DNA of 64,000 nucleotides from an uncultured Methanosarcinaceae archaeon (GCA_963847185.1 CAWJYV010000007.1:32001-96000); one strand, 5' to 3'. Counted from the first letter of the stretch, positions 12,004-22,676 are shown. Translations and numbers: made by a program. Notes: a model not told the origin generated them from the letters alone.

Positions 12004-12313
12004 GACCCCTTTAATTCCACTGGAAAGTTTAAATACCACCCGGACCCTATTGTTTCCACTGGAGGGGGTTGAGCCTCTGAAGAACAAAATAAATAAGAAT
12101 TAATTTTGTTATGGAACAAAATAATGTTGTTGATTTATTTCATTAATAGTATATATACATTGTTATTAAAAAAATATAATAGGTTAAAAAGTCTGAAGTT
12201 ATTGTAAAAGATTCTAAAATAGTTGTTTAAGTTTAAAGAAGACTTCTTGAGATCTTAGGCAAAAATCCTTTCAGTTAAGTCCTTCCACTCACTCCAATAG
12301 AAACAAAGGGGTC
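12004..12313. other. Probable replication origin core (oriC): inverted ORBs flanking an AT-rich DUE
   Basis: ORBs at 12004-12026 (- TTTCCAGTGGAATTAAAGGGGTC), 12043-12064 (- CTCCAGTGGAAACAATAGGGTC) and 12292-12313 (+ CTCCAATAGAAACAAAGGGGTC); AT-rich stretch ~12085-12240; upstream of cdc6. Confidence 0.88.
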
Positions 12314-12671
12314 CCTCTCCACCTTAAACATCTTTAGACAAAAATAGCCTTATCATTCCTGTTTTTATTATATTTATGATATTAAATAAATCTTTCCAGA
12401 TTTAAGTTGTTTATAGAAACCTGTTCTTTAATGCAATAATTATGTTGGGATTATTGACTTACTCATGAAGTATGTTTATTGGTCAGTGTTATATACTTTC
12501 GAGTGTAACTAATTTATAGATTTATTGACCAACTAATTTTTTTGTAATGTTAATTTAATGTTAATTATTCCGGACACTTCGAAAAGGTTTGGATCTTTCT
12601 GGTGTACGTGAAGTTATTTTGTATCTACATTCCATAAGTCTTTTAAACAAAACTGGTTTTACCTTATCCAT

Positions 12672-13859
12672 ATGAATTATCAGGGTCTTTCTGAGGAAGA
12701 GATATTTTCCTATCTGGAAAATGTAAAGTCAGAAGATACGGACTATTATCGGGTTTTAAGCTCAATGTGTACTCACCCCCACAGGATAGCAGTTGAAGCT
12801 CACAGACTCTTTATTGAGGCTAACCTGGGTGACCTTGGGCTCTTTGCCGGAACTCACAGGTTGGAGAGAGAGGTCATCAGAATGCTTGGGGAACTTCTTC
12901 ATGCTCCGTCTGTTGAGACTCCTTCAGGAGAGTATTGTGAAAATTCAGTTTGCGGTTACCTTACGACAGGAGGTACCGAATCAAATATCCAGGCTGTCAG
13001 AGGCATGAAAAACCTTGTAACTGCAGGAAAAAATGAGTTAGGGGCAACGCCGAATATAATAATTCCCGAATCGGCTCATTTTTCCTTTGATAAAGTAGCC
13101 GATATGATGGGCATTGAAGTTAAAAGGGCTATTCTGGATTCAGAGTTTAAAGTAGATCCTAGCTCTGTCGAAAACCTAATAGACACAAATACCATAGGGC
13201 TTGTAGCTATAGCAGGAACTACGGAATTTGGCCAGATAGATCCTATCGAGGAACTCTCAAAGATTGCTCTTGAAAACGAACTTTTCTTTCACGTCGATGC
13301 AGCTTTCGGAGGCTTTGTAATTCCTTTCCTTGATAAAGCATATTCATTTGATTTCAAAATTCCAGGTGTCACTTCTATTGCAATAGATCCTCATAAGATG
13401 GGCCTTTCAACCATTCCATCAGGTGCTCTCCTGTCTAGGTCTCCTTCTTTTCTGGATTCCCTTAAAGTGAATACTCCATACCTTACCACAAAATCCCAGT
13501 TCACTCTTACAGGCACCCGGAGTGGGGCCTCAGCTGCAGCTACCTGTGCTGTTATGAAACATCTCGGCTGTGAAGGTTACACTAAAAATGTACAATACTG
13601 CATGCAGTTGACGGCAAGAATGATTGAAGAAGCTGGAAAAATAGGTTTTGAGCCTCTGATAGAGCCCGTAATGAATGTAGTCACCCTAAAAGCTCCGGAT
13701 CCTGATCATATTCGAGAGCAACTCCTCAGGAGATTCGGCTGGAATGTCTCAATTACCCGTAGCCCCAGATCTCTCCGCCTTGTACTCATGCCTCACACCA
13801 CGGATAAAGATATCGATGAATTCCTTCTGGATCTAAAAAAAGTAACATCAGAGCTTTAA
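12672..13859 (+). CDS. mfnA: L-tyrosine/L-aspartate decarboxylase (PLP-dependent)
   Basis: LSSMCTHPH, TTGGTESN, HVDAAFGGF, IDPHKMG (PLP lysine), GTRSGAS. Confidence 0.93.
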   Translation: MNYQGLSEEEIFSYLENVKSEDTDYYRVLSSMCTHPHRIAVEAHRLFIEANLGDLGLFAGTHRLEREVIRMLGELLHAPSVETPSGEYCENSVCGYLTTGGTESNIQAVRGMKNLVTAGKNELGATPNIIIPESAHFSFDKVADMMGIEVKRAILDSEFKVDPSSVENLIDTNTIGLVAIAGTTEFGQIDPIEELSKIALENELFFHVDAAFGGFVIPFLDKAYSFDFKIPGVTSIAIDPHKMGLSTIPSGALLSRSPSFLDSLKVNTPYLTTKSQFTLTGTRSGASAAATCAVMKHLGCEGYTKNVQYCMQLTARMIEEAGKIGFEPLIEPVMNVVTLKAPDPDHIREQLLRRFGWNVSITRSPRSLRLVLMPHTTDKDIDEFLLDLKKVTSEL

Positions 13860-13966
13860 ATCCATAGCTTTTTTAATTATATTAATTCATAAAATCTAAT
13901 ACTTTTTCTTAGTATTTTTGTGCAATTTGTCCACTTTATATGGACTTACAAGCAGGTATCTATAGT

Positions 13967-14072
13967 GCTATTGCCAAATAGTAACTTGGAAAACGTTATC
14001 TTGCTGAGGAGAGCATTGTCTTGTTTCTATAGCTATTGCCAAAATAGTAACTTGGAAAACGTTATCTTGCTG
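13967..14072. repeat. ~40-bp direct repeat x2
   Basis: GCTATTGCCAAA(A)TAGTAACTTGGAAAACGTTATCTTGCTG at 13967-14006 and 14032-14072. Confidence 0.85.
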
Positions 14073-14108
14073 GGGAGAGATATCTTACTTGGGAGCTATT
14101 ATGTTTCA

Positions 14109-14162
14109 TTATGATTATAATCACTTGCAAAATATTTATGATTATAATCACTTGCAAAATAT
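14109..14162. repeat. 27-bp tandem duplication, each copy holding the palindrome TGATTATAATCA
   Basis: TTATGATTATAATCACTTGCAAAATAT x2. Confidence 0.85.
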
Positions 14163-14383
14163 TCTAGATTAATTTTTAAAAATAAAATTTCAGGATGAAA
14201 TTCATATCCTGAATCAGTTAATATATATAATTTAACAATCCATAACTTAATAAAGATATAATAATTCAGGAACCTTAAAAGTTTGAACTTTAAAAGTTTT
14301 AATTAATGCTTTGAGTTATAATGTTTTGAATTCAGTGCTTTACTTACCAGTATCATAAAAAGAAAAAGGGGGTATTTCATTTT

Positions 14384-15478
14384 ATGAAATCGTCATTGGA
14401 AATAGGAAGTATAATGGGTATACCTATTAAACTGCACGTAACTTTCCTTCTGATACTTCCCATGTTTGCTTATTTGTTTGCTATCAATAAGCAGCCATTT
14501 GGTTTTCTGGAAGTTGAACCACCTATGACGAGATATATGCTTTCTGTTTTGACCGCCATCCTGCTATTTGCCTCAATTCTTTTACATGAACTTGCACACT
14601 CGTATCTGGCAATGCGTTACGGGGTCAATATTGAGAGCATTACTCTCTTTCTCTTCGGAGGGGTATCTGCTATGGAAGAGATGCCTAGAGAACCCGGAGA
14701 GGAGGCAAAGATGGCTTTTGCAGGACCTTTAACAAGTCTTATTATAGGCTCTGTCTGTCTCTTCTTATACGGGAACCTTATATCCCCAAATTCTGCGCTT
14801 TCTCAAAATCCGATATACAATATCATCTGGATTCTTGGAACTATGAATATAGTTCTTGGGGTATTCAATCTGCTGCCCGCTTTTCCAATGGACGGAGGTC
14901 GTGTGCTCCGTGCCTTCTATGCAAGGAAAATGTCTTATGTGAAAGCTACTCAGAGCGCAGCCTCCGTTGGAAAGTTTTTTGCTATTCTTATGGCGATCTT
15001 TGGAATTCTTGTCGGAAATCTCTGGTTTCCTCTGATAGCTCTCTTTATCTATGTCGGAGCTTCTGAAGAGGAACGCTCAACTCAAGTCGAAGCAACTCTA
15101 GAAAATATCCTTGTCAGGGATATCATGACAAAGAATATTGCTTCTGTTCAGCCGTCTATGAGCGTTGAAGATCTGGTTCATTTTATGTTTGAGAAAAAAC
15201 ACATGGGTTATCCTGTAATTGAGGGAAACGCCTTAAAAGGAGTTGTAACTTTCACCGACATTGAACGTGTTCCATATCTTGATCGTCCAGTAGCTCGGGT
15301 TTCAGATATTATGACCAGAAATATCATATCCGTTCCTTCGGATGCGAAGGCGAGCGATGCTTTGAAACTAATAACGTCTAAAAATATCGGAAGGGTTATG
15401 GTTATTGATAATGGATCTCTTGTAGGAATACTTTCGAGAACAGATCTTGTACACGTCTTGAGACTCAAATCAGAATGA
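14384..15478 (+). CDS. Site-2 (M50) membrane metalloprotease with C-terminal CBS pair
   Basis: HELAH zinc motif, AFAGPLTS, FNLLPAFPMDGGR, CBS domains. Confidence 0.92.
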   Translation: MKSSLEIGSIMGIPIKLHVTFLLILPMFAYLFAINKQPFGFLEVEPPMTRYMLSVLTAILLFASILLHELAHSYLAMRYGVNIESITLFLFGGVSAMEEMPREPGEEAKMAFAGPLTSLIIGSVCLFLYGNLISPNSALSQNPIYNIIWILGTMNIVLGVFNLLPAFPMDGGRVLRAFYARKMSYVKATQSAASVGKFFAILMAIFGILVGNLWFPLIALFIYVGASEEERSTQVEATLENILVRDIMTKNIASVQPSMSVEDLVHFMFEKKHMGYPVIEGNALKGVVTFTDIERVPYLDRPVARVSDIMTRNIISVPSDAKASDALKLITSKNIGRVMVIDNGSLVGILSRTDLVHVLRLKSE

Positions 15479-15970
15479 TTTAAACTATATCAAATAACTT
15501 CAAACAATATCAAATAACTTCAAATATTTCAAAAAGATCAAAATTTCAAAAAGATCAAATAATTTTTAATGACATTAACGACTTCAAAAACCTCAACCTA
15601 TTTCAAGCACTCAAATGATTTAGGGTTATTTCAAATTGGTTCTAATATAAGTTCAAGTACTATTATAGAGAAATAATAGAGAATTGGTTTGAAAATAAAG
15701 AGAATGACTTTAAAAATAAATACATTATATCACAAAGATTAGATTCAAAATAAATTATGAGGCTTAAAATATAAATATATAAATTGAAAAATTCTTAGTA
15801 GTAAAATATATATTGCTGGCAGATAATTACCACCAGATGATTATCTATAACTAAGTTCTTTTACAGTTTTTTTGTTTATGTAAAGGGCTTAATTATTCAT
15901 GTAATAAAATACAATCTTTCAGTGATGTATTCTAATCCATTACTTCAAATTCGTAGTGGCAGAGAGATTA

Positions 15971-17503
15971 ATGATGGACAAACCTGAAATTACGAATTCT
16001 CAGGACAAGGACCCTGACTACAATTTTCATAGTTCATCTCAGGAGTCAATATATTCTATGGACAAACTTGTGACCGAATCCGCAGAAAACTCTAATTCTG
16101 TAGGAAAGTCTAAACTTTCTGATTCTTCAATTAAGGTGCCAGAGGAAAACGAAGCTTCTTTTCCTGTATCCTCAGTAGATTCCAGCGCAGTTGAAGGGAA
16201 GCTTGATATAAGTTCTGAAATTATTGCAGAACCTCTTCCAGATTCAGCTTCGGAACTTTCAGTTCCTTCTTCTCAGCCTCCAGATGGGCACCAGGTTGAA
16301 TACCAGCCTTCAAAAATTGTGCTTATAGGTACAGCTCATGTTTCAGAAAAGAGTGTTGCTGAAGTTAAGGCCTCTATCAGGAATCTGAAACCAGACATTG
16401 TAGCTGTCGAGCTCTGCAGGGGACGTTACGATTCCCTTAAAGGAAATGTGCAGGAAAGTCAGGTTCCAATTAAGGATATTCTCTCCGAAGGGAAAATCAA
16501 CTATTACATTATTCACTGGTTACTTGCATATGTGCAGAAAAAGATCGGGGACGATATGGGTGTAAAACCAGGCGCCGAGATGCTCGCTGCAATCGAGGAA
16601 GCCGAATCCGCTGGAGCCAAAATTGCTTTAATTGATCGGGATATCCAGGTGACGCTTCAGCGCTTTTGGGGAAAGATGAAGTTCCTGGAAAAAGTAAAAA
16701 TGATTGGTTCCCTTCTAGGTGGCCTCATTGGAATAGGAAAAGGAACAGAAATTGATATCGACCAAATAACGGAACATGACGTTGTAACAGCCCTTGTCAG
16801 TGAGCTCAGAGGCTTTGCCCCGACTGCAGCTGAAGTTCTTATTGATGAACGAGATGCTTATCTTGCAGGAAGCATCGTTAATGTTGCTGCAGGCGGAAAT
16901 AAAACTGTTGTTGTAGTAATAGGAGCAGGACATAAACCAGGAGTAACCAATTATCTTAAAAATCCAAAGACTATCCCTCCGCTTAGTTCTCTTATGGAGA
17001 TTCCAAAGAAACGCTTTGGTATTGGCAAAATTTTGGGTTTTGGTTTTGTTGGAATTGTGCTTGCATTTTTCCTGTTATTATTCCTTTCAAATGTTTCATT
17101 GAAGGTAATATTGATAGCTTTCGCATGCTGGTTCATTATCACTGGGGTCCTGAGTGCAGTCGGTACTCTGCTTGCAGGCGGTCATCCCTACTCAATTGTG
17201 ACTGCTTTTTCAGTTGCCTGGTTAACAACTCTGCATCCACTCATTGCTGCAGGATGGTTTGCCGGATTAGTAGAAGCAAAGCAGCGAAATCCGACCACTG
17301 CAGACATAAAGGCCCTTGCAGGAGTAGAGACATTCAAAGATATGTTCAAAAACAAATTCATGCGGGTTCTTCTAGTCGCAAGCTTCGCAAATATCGGAAG
17401 TGCAACAGGAGCATTCATTGCAGCTTACGTCATCTGGCATCTTACTGGCATTAACCTGGTAGATGCTCTTCGCGCTGGCTTCTCCAATGCCACTGGATTA
17501 TAA
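15971..17503 (+). CDS. TraB/PrgY family protein with C-terminal membrane domain
   Basis: LIGTAHVS, VAVELC, GVKPGAEM, LIDRDIQVT, LIDERDAY, VIGAGH motifs; Ser/acidic N-terminal extension; start at ATG 15971 (GTG 15956 possible). Confidence 0.88.
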   Translation: MMDKPEITNSQDKDPDYNFHSSSQESIYSMDKLVTESAENSNSVGKSKLSDSSIKVPEENEASFPVSSVDSSAVEGKLDISSEIIAEPLPDSASELSVPSSQPPDGHQVEYQPSKIVLIGTAHVSEKSVAEVKASIRNLKPDIVAVELCRGRYDSLKGNVQESQVPIKDILSEGKINYYIIHWLLAYVQKKIGDDMGVKPGAEMLAAIEEAESAGAKIALIDRDIQVTLQRFWGKMKFLEKVKMIGSLLGGLIGIGKGTEIDIDQITEHDVVTALVSELRGFAPTAAEVLIDERDAYLAGSIVNVAAGGNKTVVVVIGAGHKPGVTNYLKNPKTIPPLSSLMEIPKKRFGIGKILGFGFVGIVLAFFLLLFLSNVSLKVILIAFACWFIITGVLSAVGTLLAGGHPYSIVTAFSVAWLTTLHPLIAAGWFAGLVEAKQRNPTTADIKALAGVETFKDMFKNKFMRVLLVASFANIGSATGAFIAAYVIWHLTGINLVDALRAGFSNATGL

Positions 17504-18099
17504 AAGCTTGATGAAACTTTAAAGGTTTGATCAATTTCTGGTTTGGGAACCTAAGGATTTTTTTTCTCTCTTTTCCCTTCCCTTTCTTCTCCCTCTTTTT
17601 CCCCCTTTTTCTTTTTTCCTCCCTCTTTTTCCCCTTTTCTTTTCTACCTTCTCATCTCATATTTTTTCTTTTAAGACTTAGTCTCTCAAATTGTCATCTT
17701 TACAATGGTGTTTCTCTTTCCTTTTCAAAAGAAGCTCTTTGTAGTACATTTTATCCACTGCTGGTGTAGGGTAAGATGGATGAATACAAGAATAGTTCCA
17801 GAATTATTTCATTTCTACTATCTATCCAGATCTAGATGGCTTTCTAGTTCCGTATGTATTACATATCTTCTTCTTTGGACTCCTGAAGGTATGAAGAAAT
17901 TATGAATAATCTTTACTGCAATGACATAAAAACAGAACATATTATGAGATGTAAAAAGGATAGATAAGTTGGAGCATTAAAAAAATATGTTGACGAAAAT
18001 GTAAAGAAGATATATTGGAATTTTAAAAAGTAGGTTGACTAATATGTAAAAGGATCTAAAAGAAGAATAACGGACTAAATAAAAAAGGAGTTATTGAGC

Positions 18100-18993
18100 T
18101 CAGAAGAGCTCGTGAAGTTTGAATTGATATTTTCCAAGCTTTCCGCCGTAGTTTCCTGCGGAAATTTTCTTAATTCCTGGAACTGTTACAGCAGCTTCAA
18201 TTCCTGCTTTCATGGCAGCTTTTATGCTTTCTTCATCAAGCCCGTTAATAACGATCTCATAAACGGCATTGACGTCTGCCGGAATTTCAGTGTTTTCAAC
18301 TTTATTCTTTATGGAAGGGCAGAATTTTTCATTTGCAGTAGCTTTCAGGAATTTGTACTTATTTGCTCCAGACTTAGAGCCACTTGCAACAATTCCACCA
18401 GGGAAGGGGGTAATTGTGCCTTTAAGTTCTCCAATTGCGTCAACTGCTACTTCAGCTGCAGTCAGGGCACTCATCTGTGAGTCCCCGAAAATGAAGAAGT
18501 TTCCACCTGCAATGCCAGCTATAGCTCCAATATTGTCTTCGGTCAGGAAGTCTCCTTCCATGATAGGGATCTTATATATCTTCCGGCCTGCAATCTGGGT
18601 TTCGGACTCCATGCCATCTGCAAAAAATTTAAGTTTAAATCCCACGTTAAACTGCTTTTCAGCTTCAGGAAGTCCATCGAAAACTGCAGTTGTAGGGGCT
18701 GTGAGGACACACTGTCCAATCCTCTCAAGCAGCTGCTCTTCCAGAGCCTCGTATTTGAAAGTACAGATCTGAATATAGACACCAGGCCTTCCATCAGGAG
18801 TTTCACTTGGACTTGCTATTCTTTCAATTCCTGCTTCTGCAGGACACATTATGACTGATGTTGCAAAGCCTGTGGCTTCAGTAGCTGCCACAAGGGCCCA
18901 GCGCTTGGTAACAGCTGTTATGAGCACTCTTGCAATTTTGATCGAAAACGCTTCTGCATATGTATCTTCAATTTCTACTCCATTGATTTCTAT
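18100..18993 (-). CDS. ftr: Formylmethanofuran--tetrahydromethanopterin formyltransferase (apparent ATA start)
   Basis: ATGFATSVIMCPAEAG, TPDGRPG, GGIVASGSK, ISAGNYGGKLG; the frame stays open upstream of 18927 as (I)EINGVEIEDTYAEAF, the usual Ftr N-terminus, giving 297 codons. Confidence 0.95.
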   Translation of the reverse strand: MEINGVEIEDTYAEAFSIKIARVLITAVTKRWALVAATEATGFATSVIMCPAEAGIERIASPSETPDGRPGVYIQICTFKYEALEEQLLERIGQCVLTAPTTAVFDGLPEAEKQFNVGFKLKFFADGMESETQIAGRKIYKIPIMEGDFLTEDNIGAIAGIAGGNFFIFGDSQMSALTAAEVAVDAIGELKGTITPFPGGIVASGSKSGANKYKFLKATANEKFCPSIKNKVENTEIPADVNAVYEIVINGLDEESIKAAMKAGIEAAVTVPGIKKISAGNYGGKLGKYQFKLHELF

Positions 18994-19266
18994 AAAAATC
19001 CCCTCGTTACTTGGGTTAATTGTATGATTAATTACAGTAAGTTTACGTCAGTTCAAAGATGTTCGGTTTTAATCTATTTAGACTTTTCAACCTTTTCAGA
19101 ATATTTCACTTAACCAAGATATTACTCAATCTAGGTATATACTTAAAGTTTTATGTTACTTTCATTTTCTGATTTATTAATTGGATTAAATTATTGTCAA
19201 TTATAATATTTATATCAAATATATAATTTTTCAGAGAAAAGATAAAAAGTCAAAATCAAATCAAGT

Positions 19267-19341
19267 AAGAAATCTGAACAAAGAAATCTGAACAAAGAAA
19301 TCTGAACAAAGAAATCTGAACAAAGAAATCTGAACAAAGAA
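19267..19341. repeat. 14-bp tandem repeat x5 plus partial
   Basis: AAGAAATCTGAACA repeated directly. Confidence 0.9.
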
Positions 19342-19385
19342 GCCTGAGTAGTCATTTGTTCTCAGAAATCTCTGTTCTATTCACT

Positions 19386-20351
19386 TCAGTTCTTAAACTT
19401 CCTGTCCTGAAGTTCCTGATCCCTTCCATGAATGTCTGTTGAATTTTCTTTTATATACAGGCGTTCTTTTGAGTTGCACGGTTTAAAAAAGCAGGCTGCG
19501 GTTCCAAGCAGTGTTTCTGCTTTTCCTATTACAAGAAAGCCCCCTTTTTCCAGAGCCTGATAAAAATTAAGTTGTAACTGTTCCTGAAATTCTTTTTTAA
19601 AATATATCATTACGTTTCGGCAGATTACGATATCAAAGTGATTTATTTCAGGGCTTGAGATCAGATCTTGATGCTTAAAATGCGTTATTTTTTTTAATTG
19701 ATCAATTATCTGATATTTCTCCCCTTGCTTTAGAAAATACTGCTCTTTTGTACTCTCGTCAATGTTTTTGAGAGAACTTTCACTGTAGATCCCTTTCTTT
19801 GCTTTCTCAAGGCTCTGGAAGTCAATATCCGTACCTGTGATTATTACTCTATAATTATTGAAGTCCGTTTTTAGAACTCTATGAAGAAGAATAGCAAGGG
19901 AATAGGCTTCTTCCCCTGCTGCACAGCCAGCACTCCAGATTCGAATTGATTTTTTCAATGATTCTGACCTGTATTTGACAACAGAAGGAATAATCTCTTT
20001 TTCTATTATCCTGAAGGTTTCTGGATTTCGAAAAAATTCACTTACATTTACAGTAAGTGTTTCAACCAGGCGCCCATATTCTTCAGGGTCTTTTTTTAAA
20101 AGCTTCAGGTATGCACCGTAACTCTCGGAATTTGTAGCTCTTACACGTACGTTAACTCTGCGCCTGAAATGAGCCTCTTTATAGTATTCACAGTTAAAAC
20201 CAATGTTTTCAGTGATGAATCTCTTTAACAGTCCGTATTCAGGATCTTCTTCAAGGACTCTACATGCTTCTATTTCTTCGTCTGCTTTTCTAGCAGAATC
20301 ATTGCTTATCGAACTACTGTTCATCTTTTCACCAGCAGCCCTTTTCTCCAT
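19386..20351 (-). CDS. cheR: Chemotaxis protein-glutamate methyltransferase
   Basis: TVNVSEFFRN, IWSAGCAAGEEAYSLA, GTDID, CRNVMIYF. Confidence 0.93.
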   Translation of the reverse strand: MEKRAAGEKMNSSSISNDSARKADEEIEACRVLEEDPEYGLLKRFITENIGFNCEYYKEAHFRRRVNVRVRATNSESYGAYLKLLKKDPEEYGRLVETLTVNVSEFFRNPETFRIIEKEIIPSVVKYRSESLKKSIRIWSAGCAAGEEAYSLAILLHRVLKTDFNNYRVIITGTDIDFQSLEKAKKGIYSESSLKNIDESTKEQYFLKQGEKYQIIDQLKKITHFKHQDLISSPEINHFDIVICRNVMIYFKKEFQEQLQLNFYQALEKGGFLVIGKAETLLGTAACFFKPCNSKERLYIKENSTDIHGRDQELQDRKFKN

Positions 20352-20438
20352 TTTTTTTATTTTCTTTTTATTTTTATTTTATTTTTATTTTATTTTTATT
20401 TTATTTTTATTTTTGTTTTCTATAGCCTCTTAATGGTA

Positions 20439-22237
20439 TTAGGTGAGGGAATTAATATCAATTATTAAGATCACATCTCCATCTCCCAGAATTGTTGCTC
20501 CTGTAAAACCTCTTGTATTTTCAAGGAGTCTACTTTTAAAATTTTTCCCAATTATTTCCTGCTTTCCAAGTAATTTATCGACAATGATTCCAATTTCTTG
20601 GTCGAATTTTTCTACTATGACTACGGAAATATTTTCGTCTTTCTGAGCAGATTCCTGAACCGTTAGTTGAAATATTTTTTGTAAATTAAGGAGCTGGAGA
20701 GCTTTATTATTTATAAAAATAACCTCTTTTCCTTTGACATTTCTGATTTCTCTTGCCTGGATTTCTATGTTTTTTACTATATTTGCGAACGGAATAGCAT
20801 ATCTTTCCCCCCTACTTGTATCAGCATAGCCTGATAAAGGGTAACGGTTAAAGGTAATTTCAATTCGAAACTGGACCCAAAGCCTGGTTTTGACTCGACT
20901 TTTACCGATCCTCCAAGGCATTCAATCCGGTTTTTCACAATATCCATTCCCATTCCCCTTCCTGAAATATCGGTAACTCTGCTGGCAGTACTGAAGCAGG
21001 GAGTAAAGATTAATTGCATTATTTCTTTTTCATGTAGCAGTTCAGTCTCTTCTTTCGAAATCAGTCCTTTTTCTAATGCAGCCTTCAGAATTTCTTCTGT
21101 GTCTATTCCACGGCCATCGTCCTCAATTTTAATTAGAACGAAGTTTTCCTGTCTTAAAGCAGTAACAACTATTGTACCTGTCTCTTTTTTTCCGAGTTCT
21201 TTACGCTTCTCGGGAAGTTCGATTCCGTGGTCAACTGCATTTCTCAAAAGATGCACCAAAGAACCTCCTATCTCTTCCAGAATGGTCTTATCGAGCTTAA
21301 TCTCTTCTCCTTTGATCATGAAATCAATTTTCTTATTTTGTGCTCTAGCAAGATTTCTTATCATTCTGGGGTAGACATGGGTAATCTTGTCAAGGGGTAT
21401 CATCCTTGCCTCTATTACCTCTTCCTGGAGTTTTCTCGTTAGCTTACATGATTCGGAAAGTGCAAATTCAAGTTCATTAGACTTCAGATTCCCTATAAGT
21501 TCATTTATTCTGCTCATATTAATTACGAGCTCACCCACAAGATTCATCATCTCATTAAGCTGCTCTGTGCTGATTCTTAAACTCTGGATATCATTTACTT
21601 TGAATTTTGATTTCGGAGAAGTATTTAGAGTAGCATCGTGCACATATTCTGGAGTTCTTACGATCTTTTCAGCTTCTTTATCGTTTTCTGAAATTTTTTC
21701 TTCTTGATAACTTTTTTCTTGATAACTTTTTTCTTGATAACTTTTTTCTTGACAATCTTTTACAACTACAGTTAGGGAATCATTCTCTTTTTTTTGAGAA
21801 AAGGCTTCTCTAGGAAGATCACTTAAATCTTTTGAAGCTTTCAATAATTCACAGGGCTCAAGATAGGGCTCAAATGAGCCATTGGTATTTTTTTTTCCTT
21901 CTTTGAGTTCATTTCCTTTATTACTGCATGCCTTTTCTACAAGTTCCTCAAGGGTATCCAGACATTTAAAAAAGATGTCAAATAAGGGAGGATTGAGCAT
22001 TAGTTCTTTAGTGCGAAGGCTGTCTATCAGATTTTCCATTTCGTGGGTATACTTAACGATCTCTCCGAACCCCATCGTTGAAGCCATGCCTTTGAATGTA
22101 TGGACTGCACGAAACATCGTGTTTATTTGTTCTATATTTCCAGGATCTTTCTCGAGCGCTAACAGGGAATCGTTTAATTCTATAATGTATTTTTCAGACT
22201 CTGTCTTGAAAATACCTGTATACTTCGACATATCCAT
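20439..22237 (-). pseudogene. cheA: Chemotaxis histidine kinase CheA, frameshifted before most of the P5 (CheW-like) domain
   Basis: P1 FRAVHTFKGM, HLLRNAVDHGIE, DDGRGID, DISGRGMGMD; the frame breaks in the G6 run (C6 at 20807-20812 on +) and ERYAIPF...GATILGDGDVILIID continues in another frame (20439..20921 ORF). Confidence 0.88.
21701..21752. repeat. 15-bp in-frame tandem repeat x3 within cheA (QEKSY repeats)
   Basis: TTCTTGATAACTTTT x3 plus partial. Confidence 0.85.
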
Positions 22238-22284
22238 AGTTTTCCCTGCCTTTTTTATTGAAAAACCAGTATTCTATTTTTATG

Positions 22285-22651
22285 CTTCGCCATTTCATGC
22301 ATGTTCTGGCTGAAGATTCCTATTGTCTTCTGGGGTACGTTCACTGCTCTATATTCAAAAGCTGTAGATGTAATTTCTCCCGCTATCTTTCCAAGAGCCT
22401 AATCAGTACCAAGAAGCCGGATGTTCCTGTATAATGTGGGAGAGAGTCCTAAGGTTAAGGACAGGCATTAAATTCCAGAAGAAAAACGTTTGGCACTAAT
22501 TTTCTTATTTTTTCGAGGCTACCCTTTCATTTACTGCCGTCTCATGAGCCTGAGATTTGGGTTTTTGCTCAGAGTTGCTCAGGGTATTGGAAAGAAGCTT
22601 GAGAGTTAAAGCAGAATTATCTATTATGTGCAAGTAGTCTCTGAGCATCAT
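22285..22651 (-). pseudogene. cheB: Relic of cheB (receiver domain only, several frameshifts; methylesterase domain missing)
   Basis: Frame-shifted fragments IIDNSALTLKLLSNTLS, TAVNE, PNVFLLE, MPVL, ALGKIAGEITSTAFEYRAVNVPQK resemble a CheB receiver domain, at the usual position between cheY and cheA. Confidence 0.72.
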
Positions 22652-22676
22652 GAGTGCAGATAGCCTCTGAGCATCT

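Noticed and set aside
11752-12087. 111-aa ORF with FLLSFI repeats
   Set aside because: Artefact of the 18-bp tandem repeat; it overlaps the ORBs
13967-14072. Mini-CRISPR (repeat-spacer-repeat)
   Set aside because: Only two copies, a 25-bp gap partly similar to the flanks, and no ATTGAAA(C/G)-type end; best explained as a local duplication
20439-20921. Independent second cheW gene
   Set aside because: It is the out-of-frame P5 domain of cheA; its first ~38 residues are a shadow of the cheA frame
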